Translations under genes and position numbers: made by a program
Notes under the pieces: generated by a model
The model's database searches: none
Told to the model about the DNA's origin: nothing
The model's input: the letters and a program-made list of their open reading frames with translations, nothing else
Shown: positions 13,795-30,784 of the stretch, piece after piece
How positions within the stretch are numbered: position 1 is the stretch's first letter
How the letters are laid out: the number at the start of each line of letters is the position of its first letter
NCBI RefSeq assembly: GCF_009914755.1
Contig: NC_060926.1
DNA: 64,000 nt
Direction: 5' to 3' (one strand)
From: the human T2T-CHM13v2.0 reference genome, Homo sapiens

Positions 13795-14701
13795 GGGGGG
13801 AGGAGCCAAGATGGCCGAATAGGAACAGCTCCAGTCTACAGCTCCCAGCGTGAGCGACGCAGAAGACGGGTGATTTCTGCATTTCCATCTGAGGTTCCGG
13901 GTTCATCTCACTAGGGAGTGCCAGACAGTGGGCGCAGGCCAGTGTGTGCGCGCACCGTGCGCGAGCCGAAGCAGGGCGAGGCATTGCCTCACCTGGGAAG
14001 CGCAAGGGGTCAGGGAGTTCCCTTTCCGAGTCAAAGAAAGGGGTGACGGACGCACCTGGAAAATCGGGTCACTCCCACCCGAATATTGCGCTTTTCAGAC
14101 CGGCTTAAAAAACGGCACACCACGAGACTATATCCCACACCTGGCTGAGAGGGTCCTACGCCCATGGAATCTCGCTGATTGCTAGCACAGCAGTCTGAGA
14201 TCAAACTGCAAGGCGGCAACGAGGCTGGGGGAGGGGCGCCCGCCATTGCCCAGGCTTGCTTAGGTAAACAAAGCAGCCGGGAAGCTCGAACTGGGTGGAG
14301 CCCACCACAGCTCAAGGAGGCCTGCCTGCCTCTGTAGGCTCCACCTCTGGGGGCAGGGCACAGACAAACAAAAAGACAGCAGTAACCTCTGCAGACTTAA
14401 GTGTCCCTGTCTGACAGCTTTGAAGAGAGCAGTGGTTCTCCCAGCACGCAGCTGGAGATCTGAGAACGGGCAGACTGCCTCCTCAAGTGGGTCCCTGACC
14501 CCTGACCCCCGAGCAGCCTAACTGGGAGGCACCCCCCAGCAGGGGCACACTGACACCTCACACGGCAGGGTATTCCAACAGACCTGCAGCTGAGGGTCCT
14601 GTCTGTTAGAAGGAAAACTAACAACCAGAAAGGACATCTACACCGAAAACCCATCTGTACATCACCATCATCAAAGACCAAAAGTAGATAAAACCACAAA
14701 G
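13795..14701. promoter_or_regulatory. L1 5'UTR: CpG-rich internal sense promoter (YY1 site CAAGATGGCCG 13807-13817) and antisense promoter
   Basis: Complete ~900-bp L1HS-type 5'UTR; bidirectional promoter activity is established for this family. Confidence 0.85.
14031..14246 (-). CDS. ORF0: L1 ORF0 (71 aa, antisense ORF in the 5'UTR), intact
   Basis: MAGAPPPASLPPCSLISDCC...RCVRHPFL, 216 nt; donors CCAG|GTGTGG (nt 106) and CCAG|GTGCGT (nt 191) present. Confidence 0.88.
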   Translation of the reverse strand: MAGAPPPASLPPCSLISDCCASNQRDSMGVGPSQPGVGYSLVVCRFLSRSEKRNIRVGVTRFSRCVRHPFL

Positions 14702-15718
14702 ATGGGGAAAAAACAGAACAGAAAAACTGGAAACTCTAAAACGCAGAGCGCCTCTCCTCCTCCAAAGGAACGCAGTTCCTCACCAGCAACGGAACAAAGC
14801 TGGATGGAGAATGATTTTGACGAGCTGAGAGAAGAAGGCTTCAGACGATCAAATTACTCTGAGCTACGGGAGGACATTCAAACCAAAGGCAAAGAAGTTG
14901 AAAACTTTGAAAAAAATTTAGAAGAATGTATAACTAGAATAACCAATACAGAGAAGTGCTTAAAGGAGCTGATGGAGCTGAAAACCAAGGCTCGAGAACT
15001 ACGTGAAGAATGCAGAAGCCTCAGGAGCCGATGCGATCAACTGGAAGAAAGGGTATCAGCAATGGAAGATGAAATGAATGAAATGAAGCGAGAAGGGAAG
15101 TTTAGAGAAAAAAGAATAAAAAGAAATGAGCAAAGCCTCCAAGAAATATGGGACTATGTGAAAAGACCAAATCTACGTCTGATTGGTGTACCTGAAAGTG
15201 ATGTGGAGAATGGAACCAAGTTGGAAAACACTCTGCAGGATATTATCCAGGAGAACTTCCCCAATCTAGCAAGGCAGGCCAACGTTCAGATTCAGGAAAT
15301 ACAGAGAACGCCACAAAGATTCTCCTCGAGAAGAGCAACTCCAAGACACATAATTGTCAGATTCACCAAAGTTGAAATGAAGGAAAAAATATTAAGGGCA
15401 GCCAGAGAGAAAGGTCGGGTTACCCTCAAAGGAAAGCCCATCAGACTAACAGCGGATCTCTCGGCAGAAACCCTACAAGCCAGAAGAGAGTGGGGGCCAA
15501 TATTCAACATTCTTAAAGAAAAGAATTTTCAACCCAGAATTTCATATCCAGCCAAACTAAGCTTCATAAGTGAAGGAGAAATAAAATACTTTATAGACAA
15601 GCAAATGCTGAGAGATTTTGTCACCACCAGGCCTGCCCTAAAAGAGCTCCTGAAGGAAGTGCTAAACATGGAAAGGAACAACCGGTACCAGCCGCTGCAA
15701 AATCATGCCAAAATGTAA
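14702..15718 (+). CDS. L1 ORF1p RNA-binding protein (338 aa), intact
   Basis: MGKKQNRKTG start; coiled coil; REKG, ARR and YPAKLS motifs retained. Confidence 0.97.
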   Translation: MGKKQNRKTGNSKTQSASPPPKERSSSPATEQSWMENDFDELREEGFRRSNYSELREDIQTKGKEVENFEKNLEECITRITNTEKCLKELMELKTKARELREECRSLRSRCDQLEERVSAMEDEMNEMKREGKFREKRIKRNEQSLQEIWDYVKRPNLRLIGVPESDVENGTKLENTLQDIIQENFPNLARQANVQIQEIQRTPQRFSSRRATPRHIIVRFTKVEMKEKILRAAREKGRVTLKGKPIRLTADLSAETLQARREWGPIFNILKEKNFQPRISYPAKLSFISEGEIKYFIDKQMLRDFVTTRPALKELLKEVLNMERNNRYQPLQNHAKM

Positions 15719-15754
15719 AGACCATCGAGACTAGGAAGAAACTGCATCAACTAA

Positions 15755-19610
<3,856 letters not shown>

Positions 19611-20409
19611 ACAATGAGATCACATGGACACAGGAAGGGGAATATCACACTCTGGGGACTGTGGTGGGGTCGGGGGAGGGGGGAGGGATAGCATTGGGAG
19701 ATATACCTAATGCTAGATGACACGTTAGTGGGTGCAGCGCACCAGCATGGCACATGTATACATATGTAACTAACCTGCACAATGTGCACATGTACCCTAA
19801 AACTTAAAGTATAATAATAATAATAAAAAAAGAAAAAAAAAAAGAATGGAGAAGTCAAGAACACACACAAAAAAAAAAAAAAAAAAAAAGAAAGCCAAGT
19901 CTGAAAACCAGTGAGTTAATTTAGAAATAGAACCAATGCTTATGGGAAGAATAATCTTTTTGTAAAGAGAACTAACAAAACACAAAATCTTTAAAATTAT
20001 TGATGGTCTGTCAAAATGCAAGTTCGCTGAGAGGATCTGTCCAAGTAAAAGGAAATCCTGCGACTGCTGTTCCCACCCCCACAAGTTATTCTGAGCTGAA
20101 AAACAGCTAAAAATAAAAGACAAACTAATATTGTATTATACAAATTGTAATTTAACAAGATACCTTTTAAAAATCAGTTCTCACAAAGTCCCATAATTCT
20201 AAGGCCAAGCTATCTTTTGCAGTTTCCAGCTAGGATCAGCACAGACCGGGTCAGTTCCTGCTACACCTACTTCCAAGCTCCAGGGCTGCAGGTAGAAGCA
20301 GCAGACCATTAGCCCCAGAAACAGGCACTGTGCTGCCTCCTCTGAAGATTCCTCCTCATACCCACTGCCACTTTGGAGCAGGACTGTGCCAAGTTGAAAA
20401 CCAAATGAG

Positions 20410-20720
<311 letters not shown>

Positions 20721-23700
20721 AATTAAAATTAAAATTTTAAAAAATGAACCTGGCCAGACCTTCAGAGCCGAGTACGACACCACAGAGCCCGCTCAGGTGT
20801 GCTAGACCTGGAGCCTGCTGCCACCTGACTTATACTCACGGGCATTTCTGCTTACACAGACAGGGTCACCCTACATTCCTCAAAGAGAGTATAAACAACT
20901 CTGTATGGGCTGTGATCTTACACAACAAATTATTCATCATTATCTTTACTCTTGAGGTGACAAGGTATGCAGGGAAAGACAGGAAACTGCATTAAAGGCT
21001 AAGAGGGAAGAAGTGTGCCTTGAGAGTACAGGAAGCCTCTCCGACATCAAACAGAAAGCCACTATCATTAACCTCACACTCTTCCCTCCTCGTCGTCTGC
21101 TCCAGTCCTGGCTTTCTTCTTCAAAGCTCAATCCAGACGTCAGTCTGTATGGGAAACCTTCTCACCATCCTTGGTCAGAAGTAATCCCTTGCCTGCACCA
21201 CTAGTCCACAACAGCTCAGCGCTGCCTTGTCCAGAGATTCACACATGCCTTCCTCACTAGACGATGAGCTCACTGAGCACAAGATGCAGGCCTTTCCCTT
21301 CCTGATGCTCTCCACAGTGTGGACTCTAGAGGGAGGGGAGGCCCCCTCGGTCACCCACAAATGCAGACTCCTGAGCCCACTGCAGGTCTCACCCTTCAGG
21401 ATTTCCAGGCGGGCCTGGAAACCTTCCATTTACAACAAATACCCCTCCACGGTGCTCTGGCCCAGGCCAGTTTGGGAACAGGGCTCCACAAAAGTTAGCT
21501 GAGAGAAGAGATGAGCGTAAACTGGGGTTTTTCCATCCCCAAAGGCCATTCCATCTGGTTCAGTGTTTCTTCCTCACTGGACAGGTCAGTCCCACTGCTG
21601 CTCCGGAAGGCTGAGGGCCGCCCCATCAGACTGTCGAGACGTTCAGTTAAGTAGCGGCACTGCTGCATCCTCCCATTTGAGAGGAAACTGAAAACCCTAT
21701 GAAAATCAAAGTTTCCCACCACCCCCCTCTCCTTTGAGAATGTGTTCTTCCTGTAACATTAACAATAACTCCAGTTCCTATCCTAAAAAGGGCACTGCAG
21801 CAGAGTCTGTTGGTTAAATAATCTGGTGAGAAATTCTGAAGGGGAGAGAAGAGGGGAAATTCAGAGCAGGGACAAATAACCAGCAATGAGAGGTGCTAGG
21901 TAAACAGTAAGTAACATTAATAACAACCGGCTTCGGAATATAAATAAAGCAGCAAGGTTAACCCTCACAGCCCAGGACAAAGGCCCTGGGAACATGTCAA
22001 CTGCACAGTTCAGAGTACACCAAGCATGAGCCTGACGTTCCAAAATCCAAGCTGAGGTGGGGAGAGGAAGTCAAAGGGGGACAGAAAGGCAGCCCATTCA
22101 TGGGTGCCCACAGTTGCTCCAGAGACCGCTAGAGACCCTGCCACGACCTTTCACATTTACAAGGCCACGTGCTGGGAGCTCAGCTAGAAAAATAGAAGTC
22201 TCAAGAAATGAGCCTAAAAGAGCTCCAATTAATGATCAGCAGCATTCCTACCAGAGAGCATGCAGGGTAATCTTATGTTGGGAAGTGGCTGGGTGAGGGC
22301 ACAGCTGCGACTTACTCGGCCCTTCTATGAATCCTGACTGGGGAAACTCAACCAGTCAAACCACAAATGAACTCCCTAAAGGGTCTTAGGTTGAATTTCA
22401 CTGTGCCCAAAACCCACATAAATGACACATACATAGGGAAGAAAAAAATCACCATAGGAGGAGAACAACTCGGGATAACCTGAAACCACTGTTCAGAACA
22501 CATCGGAGAAATCGACATTTTCTTCTACCAAAGGGGAAATCCACATAAAAACTGACTGTAGCTTCCACTCCTTTGTTGATTTTCTTTTTTAATTTTGTCT
22601 TAAGTTAGTGACATAGTCTGTGTCAAGCCTCATTCTGTGCCACACCCATGCTGTATGAAACTGCCAAGGACCAGTTCAGGATTTGTACCATGAAACTAAA
22701 GACTATAGAAACACTAAAACGCAAAACAGTGGGTTAGTTCTTTCTGTGATAACTCACGCGATTATTTAGCACATACTAAATTCCCATCATAAAAGATACT
22801 TACAGTAGAATTCTCTTTTTCTACACTTGAGTCAGAGGTCTTACAGAAATACTCCCCAACGAGATGTCCCTCTCTGCAATGTGAAGTCTCACAGCATGGC
22901 CCTAGTCTTTGTCTCTAGAACCAGTATTTAGGATGGAAAACAGGAATGAAGAAGATACAGAACTTCTCAAAGTATAAAGACCAAATTTCTCTCGGCACAA
23001 AGAAGCAGAACAGCAAGATTTTCCCTTCATTTCATGTCAAATGTATTTACTTAGGGCAAAGGCTGCACACACTAGAGACTGGCTCAGCCCCCGGGAGCTG
23101 GGGTTGCCCGCCAGTGCTGTCGACTGTTCTGAGCGAGGGGCTCACCTTCCCTGTGAAGCCACCGCAGGGGAAAGAATTTTCAGTGTCCTAGGCTGCTCCA
23201 TAGGAAGCCTCCAACAGCTCCAAATTAAACAGAGGGCGATCTCTAAGAGCCACCACTGCAGTTTTATTTACATTTGCAATATAAACTGAAAGCTGAGAAA
23301 AAAATTTCTAAATGATACTTCAACAAAAATATTCTAATCAGAGCTGCATGCTTTAAATGTCTACATAAACATGGACTCAATCCCCTTGGCAAACACTGTT
23401 TCCACCCCTCCTCTTTAGGGTGGGTGCCCAGGGTTGATGGCTTGGCTCTCCCATCTTCCCTCTCCTGGTGCCCCCACCCCCGGCCCTCCATAGCAACTGA
23501 GCATCCAGGTAAAAGGCAGGTAATGGAAAGGGCTCCATGCCTTGGTTTCCTCACCTATAAAATGAAGAAAATAGCTGCCTACTTCGCACGGGTATTGACA
23601 TAATTAAACTTGCCAACCATAAACAGCGATTAGAATAGCATTTGGAATATAGTTAAGTGTTAGCTATGGTCACTTTCTTCTTTTATTTTCCTGGACCTCT

Positions 23701-24359
23701 TCAACAGAGATACTACAAGTTCCCGGTACTGGTCTTCCCACGACACAATGCACATTTCTGCCTTTTCCTGTTCCCCATGGAAAAGCTGGTCTCAAGATCC
23801 CTGTTTATACAGACGGTGGAAAAGTAAATTGGGACAGCATTTCAGGGAAGCACAGGTGCTCTGTAGCAGGACCCTGGGAAAGCCAGTGTACCATGAAAAT
23901 GATGACAGAGACACAGATGTGTGGCTTTCTGAAGCATGGTTTATGATGGCCCCAAACTGCAATCAACCTAAAGATCCAACAACACAGGACTAAGGAAATT
24001 ACAACATATTCATAAGAAGACGACTTGCTAACAAGTAATGCTGAAGGGAAAACCCGTGTCTTGGTAAAGAGATCTAGCTAGTATAGCCACAAAATGGAAC
24101 ACTAAGCAGCTGCCAAAAAAGGTCTCTATATATGATATAGAAAGATCACCAGGACACAGTAAGTGGAAGAAAATAAGATTCAGGACAATACATAATAGGT
24201 TATATAAAAAGGGAGAACTATAAATACCTATTTGTGTTAGCTGGGTCACATACAAACACTGCAGATGAATACAAAGAAAGGATCAACAGCTGTTTCCTGA
24301 GGAGAGCTGAGAACTGGCAAGAGGAAGACTTTAACTTTACAGTTTTATCTTTTCCATTT

Positions 24360-24651
24360 TTATGTTTATTTATTTATTTTTGAGACAGGGTCTTACTCTG
24401 TCACCCAGGCTGGAGTGCGGTGCAGTCATGGCTCACTGCAGCCTCAACTTCCTGGGCTCAAGTAATCCTCCCACCTCAGCCTCCTGGGTAGCTGGGACCA
24501 CAGGTGCATGCCACCATGCCTGGGTAATTTTTGTAGAGACAGGGTTTCGCCATGTTGCCCAGGCTGGTCTGGAACTCCTAGGCTCAAGCGATCTGCCTGC
24601 CTCAGCCTCCCAAAGTACTGGGATTACAGACATGATCCACTGTGCCCGGCC
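24360..24651 (-). mobile_element. Alu (AluJ-type)
   Basis: Reverse Alu, TSD atcttttccattt on both sides. Confidence 0.9.
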
Positions 24652-24767
24652 ATCTTTTCCATTTATTTTTTAAAATAATTGAACCATATAACCATATTAC
24701 CTATTAAGCATGTTTTTAATTGGAAAAAAAATCACATTTAGGAAAACAACTGGATGTTAGCTTCAGT

Positions 24768-25075
24768 GTTTTTTTTTTTGGTTTTTTTTTTTGAGATGAG
24801 GTCTTATTCTGTCACCCAGGCTGGAGTGCAACGGCACTATCTTGGCTCACTGCAACCTCCACATTCTGGGTTCTAGCGATTCTCATGCCTCAGCCTCCTG
24901 AATAGCTGCGACCACAGACATGCACAAGCATGCCCAGCTAACTTTTTGTATTTTTGGTAGAGACTGGGTTTCACCGCGTTGCCCAGGCTGGACTGAAACT
25001 CCTGAGCTCAAATGATCCACCCTCCTTGGCCTCCCAAAGTGCTGGGATTATAGGTGTGAGCCACTGTGCCCAGCC
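24768..25075 (-). mobile_element. Alu (J/S-type)
   Basis: Poly(T) followed by reverse Alu consensus. Confidence 0.9.
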
Positions 25076-25794
25076 AACTTCCTCAACAGTTTATAGAAAG
25101 ATTAAAAATAATTTTCTATTTGCTTTGTAAAATACCTTTCTATATTTTCTTTAACATGTATGTATTATTTTCATCATCAGGAAAAAAGTTTCTTTTGAAA
25201 AGAGAAAAATATTTCAGATTCTCTTCCATCTCATTCTTTATCAAATATATAAACAAGAAACCTAATTCTTTCATTTAGTTCAAAGTATGTTTAATCTCTC
25301 TTGAGATTTTTCCTTTGTCTCATATCTTATGTAGAAGTTTGTTGTTTCATCACTAAATATTTTTGTAATTTTCCAGATATCTTTCTGTTACTAATTTCTA
25401 GTGTAATTCCACTCTGGTCTGAGAGGACACTTTATAGCACTCTATTCTTTCAGGTTGGCTGAGGTGTCTTTTATGGCTGAGAATATGATCAGTCTTGGAG
25501 AATGTTCCATGTGGGCTTCAAAGGAAGGTGCATTCTGGCATTGTTGGATGAAGTGGGCATTGTGAGGGCAGAAAGAGTGAAGAGATGGAGGGCAGCAAGG
25601 GGGAAATTATCAAGGGCACAGAAGACCTGATGCCAAGGTTGAGGACCCGCTGAAGGAGAAAGTGAAAAACAGGCTTCAAACCACAGAGGCAGAGAAGCAT
25701 CTTATGCTCTCCCAACATAAATGCCAACTGAGGGAACGCAATACTCTGAGCAAAGGACAAAGCACCAGTCATTTATTGTATGACTTCATTCAAT

Positions 25795-25851
25795 GTGTGG
25801 GTGTGTGGGTGTGTGTGTTTGCATGTATGTGTGTGTGTGTGTGTGTGTGTG
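25795..25851. repeat. Imperfect (TG)n microsatellite
   Basis: Read directly from the sequence. Confidence 0.9.
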
Positions 25852-26067
25852 TCCTACACACAGTCACAGAATTGGCAGAAATGGCCTAGAGCAGCTTTGG
25901 TATCAAAGCTCGCAGTTAAAGAAGATAATTTACTTATTAAAACACCATTTTTACTAAGTTCTGGCTTCTCAGTGGTACTGAAATTATATAAACAATAGTG
26001 TCATAAAATAAATGTTTCTTGCCATGTGCTAAAAAAGAGAAGAGAGTAGTAATATTAATAGGTATCA

Positions 26068-26313
26068 TTTGGGGGAGGTCAAGGTGGGCGGATCATGAGG
26101 GCAGGAGATGGAGACCATCCTGGCTAACAGGGTGAAACCCCGTCTCTACTAAAAAATACAAAAAATCAGCCCAGCATGGTGGCAAGTGCCTGTAGTCCCA
26201 GCTACTCAGGAGGCTGAGGCAGGAGAATGGCGTGAACCCGGGAGGCAGAGCTTGCAATGAGCTGAGATCGTGCCACTGCACTCCAGCCTGGGCAACAGAG
26301 AGAGACTCCGTCT

Positions 26314-26353
<40 letters not shown>
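26068..26353 (+). mobile_element. 5'-truncated AluY-type element with A39 tail
   Basis: AluY diagnostics (ctggctaac, atggcgtgaacccggg, gagcttgca); TSD-like aggtat(c/a)atttggg. Confidence 0.88.
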
Positions 26354-26355
<2 letters not shown>

Positions 26356-26409
26356 TATAATTTGGGCAGCACTTAGTGAAATGAGGGCCCAGTGCTGTGC
26401 TAAGTCCTC

Positions 26410-26990
26410 ACAGTAGTTTTCTATTGCTGCCTAATCAAATTTAGAGGCTCAAAAAATATCCATTCACGATCCGATCTGACAGGTCTACAGGACCGGGCAC
26501 AGTATGGCTCAGCTGGTTCTCAGCTCTGCCTGCCCCCAGGCAGAAATCAAGGTGTCAGCAGGGCTGTGTTCCTTTCTTCAGAGGATGATTCAGGATGACA
26601 GCAAAATTCAGTTCCCTGAGGCTGCAGGACTGAGGTCTCCTTACAGGCTCTCAGCAGGGAGCCATTCTCAGCTTCCAGAGGCTGCCAACACTCTCCCGCA
26701 CATGGCTCCTTCAAAGCCAGCCAGGGTAGGTCAGGTCCCTTGCACACTGCAAACCTCTCCAGCTTCCCTTCTGCCTGGTCTCCCCGCGGTATCTCTTCTA
26801 CCCAGTCTCTCTACCTGACTCTTCCATTCTCTGTTGCTGCCTTTGACGGTTCATGTGACTATGTGGGGGCACACCCAGATAATCCAGGATCATCCTCATT
26901 TTAAAGCCAGCTGGTTCATAACCTTGATTCTATCAGCAAAGTCCTGTGACAGCACCACCTAGCATCTTGGGTTGAACAATGGGAAAGGGC
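26410..26990 (-). mobile_element. MLT1-family MaLR LTR
   Basis: gaaatcaaggtgtcagcagggctg and cacccagataatccaggat motifs. Confidence 0.7.
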
Positions 26991-27574
26991 ATCTTAGCAG
27001 GGAACTGTGAGAATCTGCTTGCCAGGCCCTGTCACATGTATGACCTCAGTTAACCCCACAGCAATCCCAGGAGGAAATCCAAGAGGAAAGTGAGCCCACT
27101 GAGCTATAATCTACATAGCCTGTTATACTTTACAAAAACTACAGCTTCACTCCAAAATGAATCCTAAACAGATTACATAATTAAACGTTTAAAAATGAAG
27201 CAAAAAACCAACCAACAAAATTAACACCATGGCTGCTTTCTAAATATTAGATTAAATATTCATCTCATCTTGGAACGGTTAGAGCAGAAAGAGAACAGAA
27301 GAAACAGCAAGAAGAATATGAACAGATGAAACTATGTTATAAAATGTCACTCAAACGAAAAGGCAAAAACTTTTTGCCTTTGTGGGAAAAATGCTAAATA
27401 CAAGCCCAACAGTTAACATTCCTATTACAAAGAACTCATACTAAAAGAATATTTTTAAAATGGACTAACAAAACCATTGGTATTTCTCTGGTGAATTAAC
27501 ATGTTAAATTCTAACCATATTTAGTAACCAAAGAAATGTACATTGAACCAATGGTTTTCTATCAAATTAGCAAG

Positions 27575-27833
27575 ATCAAGGGGTTGGCAGATTGGGTGCT
27601 GGTGAGGACCTGCTTCCTGGTTCATATATACATCTTCTCGCCACGTCCTCACACGGTGGAAAGGCCAACGGGGTTTTCCCAGGCCTCTTTTATAAAAACA
27701 CTAATCTCATTTGTGACGACTCTGTCTCCATGAACTCATCACCTCCAAAGGCCCCACCTCCTAATACCATCACTGTGGGGCTTGGGATGCCAACATATGA
27801 ATTTGGGGCGACACCAACATTCAGACCACAGCA
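27575..27833 (-). mobile_element. MLT1A/MST-like MaLR LTR fragment
   Basis: ggccccacctcctaataccatcac...aacattcagaccacagca. Confidence 0.7.
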
Positions 27834-28104
27834 GATGTGTACTACAGGAAAGTTACTTCAACAGGTCCATGAAGTTCAGGACCAGGGGTGCCACGTAGGA
27901 GAGAAGACGGCTATTCACACTGTTATAACCACTCGTTATCACACAGACTAGGACGGCACCTCATACATATTGAGACATTTCAAAAATAAAACCCAACATA
28001 GCTTTCAATGTGCTGAGTCAAACAGCTTACCCTCAGGAATCCCGCAGCTCTGGCAAGGCCACCTGCGGAGCTCTGAATAATAACAATGTGCAGTTTTCAC
28101 TCAC

Positions 28105-28285
28105 CCTCGATGTAGAGGGGCTCCACCACGTCGTGGTTAATCAACTCGAAGTTCTCATGTCCGATCCAGTGCTCCACGTTTCTCTTCCTGCCCGTGAAGA
28201 AATTGTCCACCACGGTCACCTCGTGGCCGTCCATCATGAGTTTGTCAGTTAGATGGGAGCCCACGAACCCTGCGCCTCCTGTTAT
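28105..28285 (-). CDS. UXS1: UXS1 coding exon 6 (181 nt; NAD-binding Rossmann motif ITGGAGFVG...EPLYIE)
   Basis: GxxGxxG motif of extended SDR enzymes; gatgcag|ATAACAGG...GAGG|gtgagt. Confidence 0.97.
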
Positions 28286-29410
28286 CTGCATCCGGACAGC
28301 GTGTGCAGAGCATTCCCAGAAAAAGCACATGAGAACACAGTGAGGACCAGCTCCACGGAGAGACATCTCTGGTGCAGCCACGACTTAAAACTCAGGAGCA
28401 AGGCGGGGAAGGAAGACAGCAAAGGTTTTAAGGTAGCATCTTGACTCTTACTGCAGAACAAAGAGGTCATACTATCTGTAAACTCCTAAGCAGCCTAAAA
28501 TTTCAAACTACCAGTCTTGGAAGAATACAGAAAAATCATAGTTACAAATTTCAAAATGTCTTTGCTGACTGAGAATTTCCCATTAGTCAAAGGTTCTTGT
28601 TTTATAACAAATGGGATGCTGGACATAGCTCACGTGGCTTTAATATTACTGCTGAGAACTTTAAAAATTACTTTATAGAAAAAACGATTAGCAAAATGCA
28701 GAGATTTGGTGAACTACCAAGAAAAAAAAACTTAATATTTAAGTTAGATTCAAAAACTGCAGGAAAAACAAATATCTTTTAAATTGTTTATGAGAACAAA
28801 TTAATAAGCAATACATGCTGTTTGTAGACTAAAGCCCTAAACGCCTAAGTCCACTGTGTGGTTAATTTCTGAATGGTGATGTGAACCCAGTGTGGTATAC
28901 ACTCCCAGCCACAGAGCACGATGAGGCAGCTGTGAGGGGTCTTGACAGTAACTCAGTAATAACAAAACCTAGACCCCTGCAAAGGTGAAAAGTCAACTGC
29001 GCTTGAAAAATACTTTTAAGTTGAACACAGGTATTTTATTCAAATTAAATGGTGTAACTGGAGGAGGATAAAGGGAATTTCATCTGGGGGAAGGTTATAG
29101 GCGGTGGGAGTGAAAAGAATAGGCTCAGAAAACAGACGTGCCATGCACAACTCAATTCTCTAGCCTGCTGTATCCTGTTCTCCACTCTGCCTTCTCTTCA
29201 CCAAAATTCTCATTCATTTCACCCTTCTGTTTCAAACGGAAAGAATTAATAGGAAGACAGCAATCCTTTCTACCTAAAATAAAAGGTATACAAACTCCTA
29301 GGTCTATGGTTTTAAAACATGTAATTCTCCATGAAACTCCTGTTTAAAATAAATGAAATCTCACACACGATGAAGTATTCACCACGGTGAGAGAGTAAAG
29401 CCACCTGGAT

Positions 29411-29711
29411 TTGAGTGGAGTGGTAGCTCATGCCTGTAATCCCAGCACTTTGGGAGGCCGAGACAGGTGGATCACTTGAGATCAGGAGTTCAAGACCAGT
29501 CGGGCCAACATGGTGAAACCCTGTCTCTACTAAAAATACAAAAAATTAGCTGGGCGTGGTGGCACACTCCTGTAATCCCAGCTAGTTGGGAGGCTAAGGC
29601 AGAAGACTCACTTGAACCCAGGAGGCGGAAGTTGCAGTGGATCGTACCACTGCACTCCAGCCTGGGTGACAGAGAAGACTCCATCTCAAAAAAAAAAAAA
29701 AAAAAAAAAAA
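29411..29711 (+). mobile_element. Alu (AluS-type)
   Basis: Full dimer with poly(A); TSD aagcca(c/t)ctggat. Confidence 0.9.
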
Positions 29712-29765
29712 GAAGCCATCTGGATGAAAAAGATCAAAAATGGCAGAGGAGAAGTAAGGGGAGGC

Positions 29766-30784
<1,019 letters not shown>

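Noticed and set aside
21753-21927. Two similar 17-mers (gtaacattaa.aa.aac) 158 bp apart
   Set aside because: AT-rich, only two imperfect copies; compatible with chance and not an array.
28097-28381. 94-aa ORF as a stand-alone small gene
   Set aside because: It is UXS1 exon 6 plus in-frame intronic flanks.
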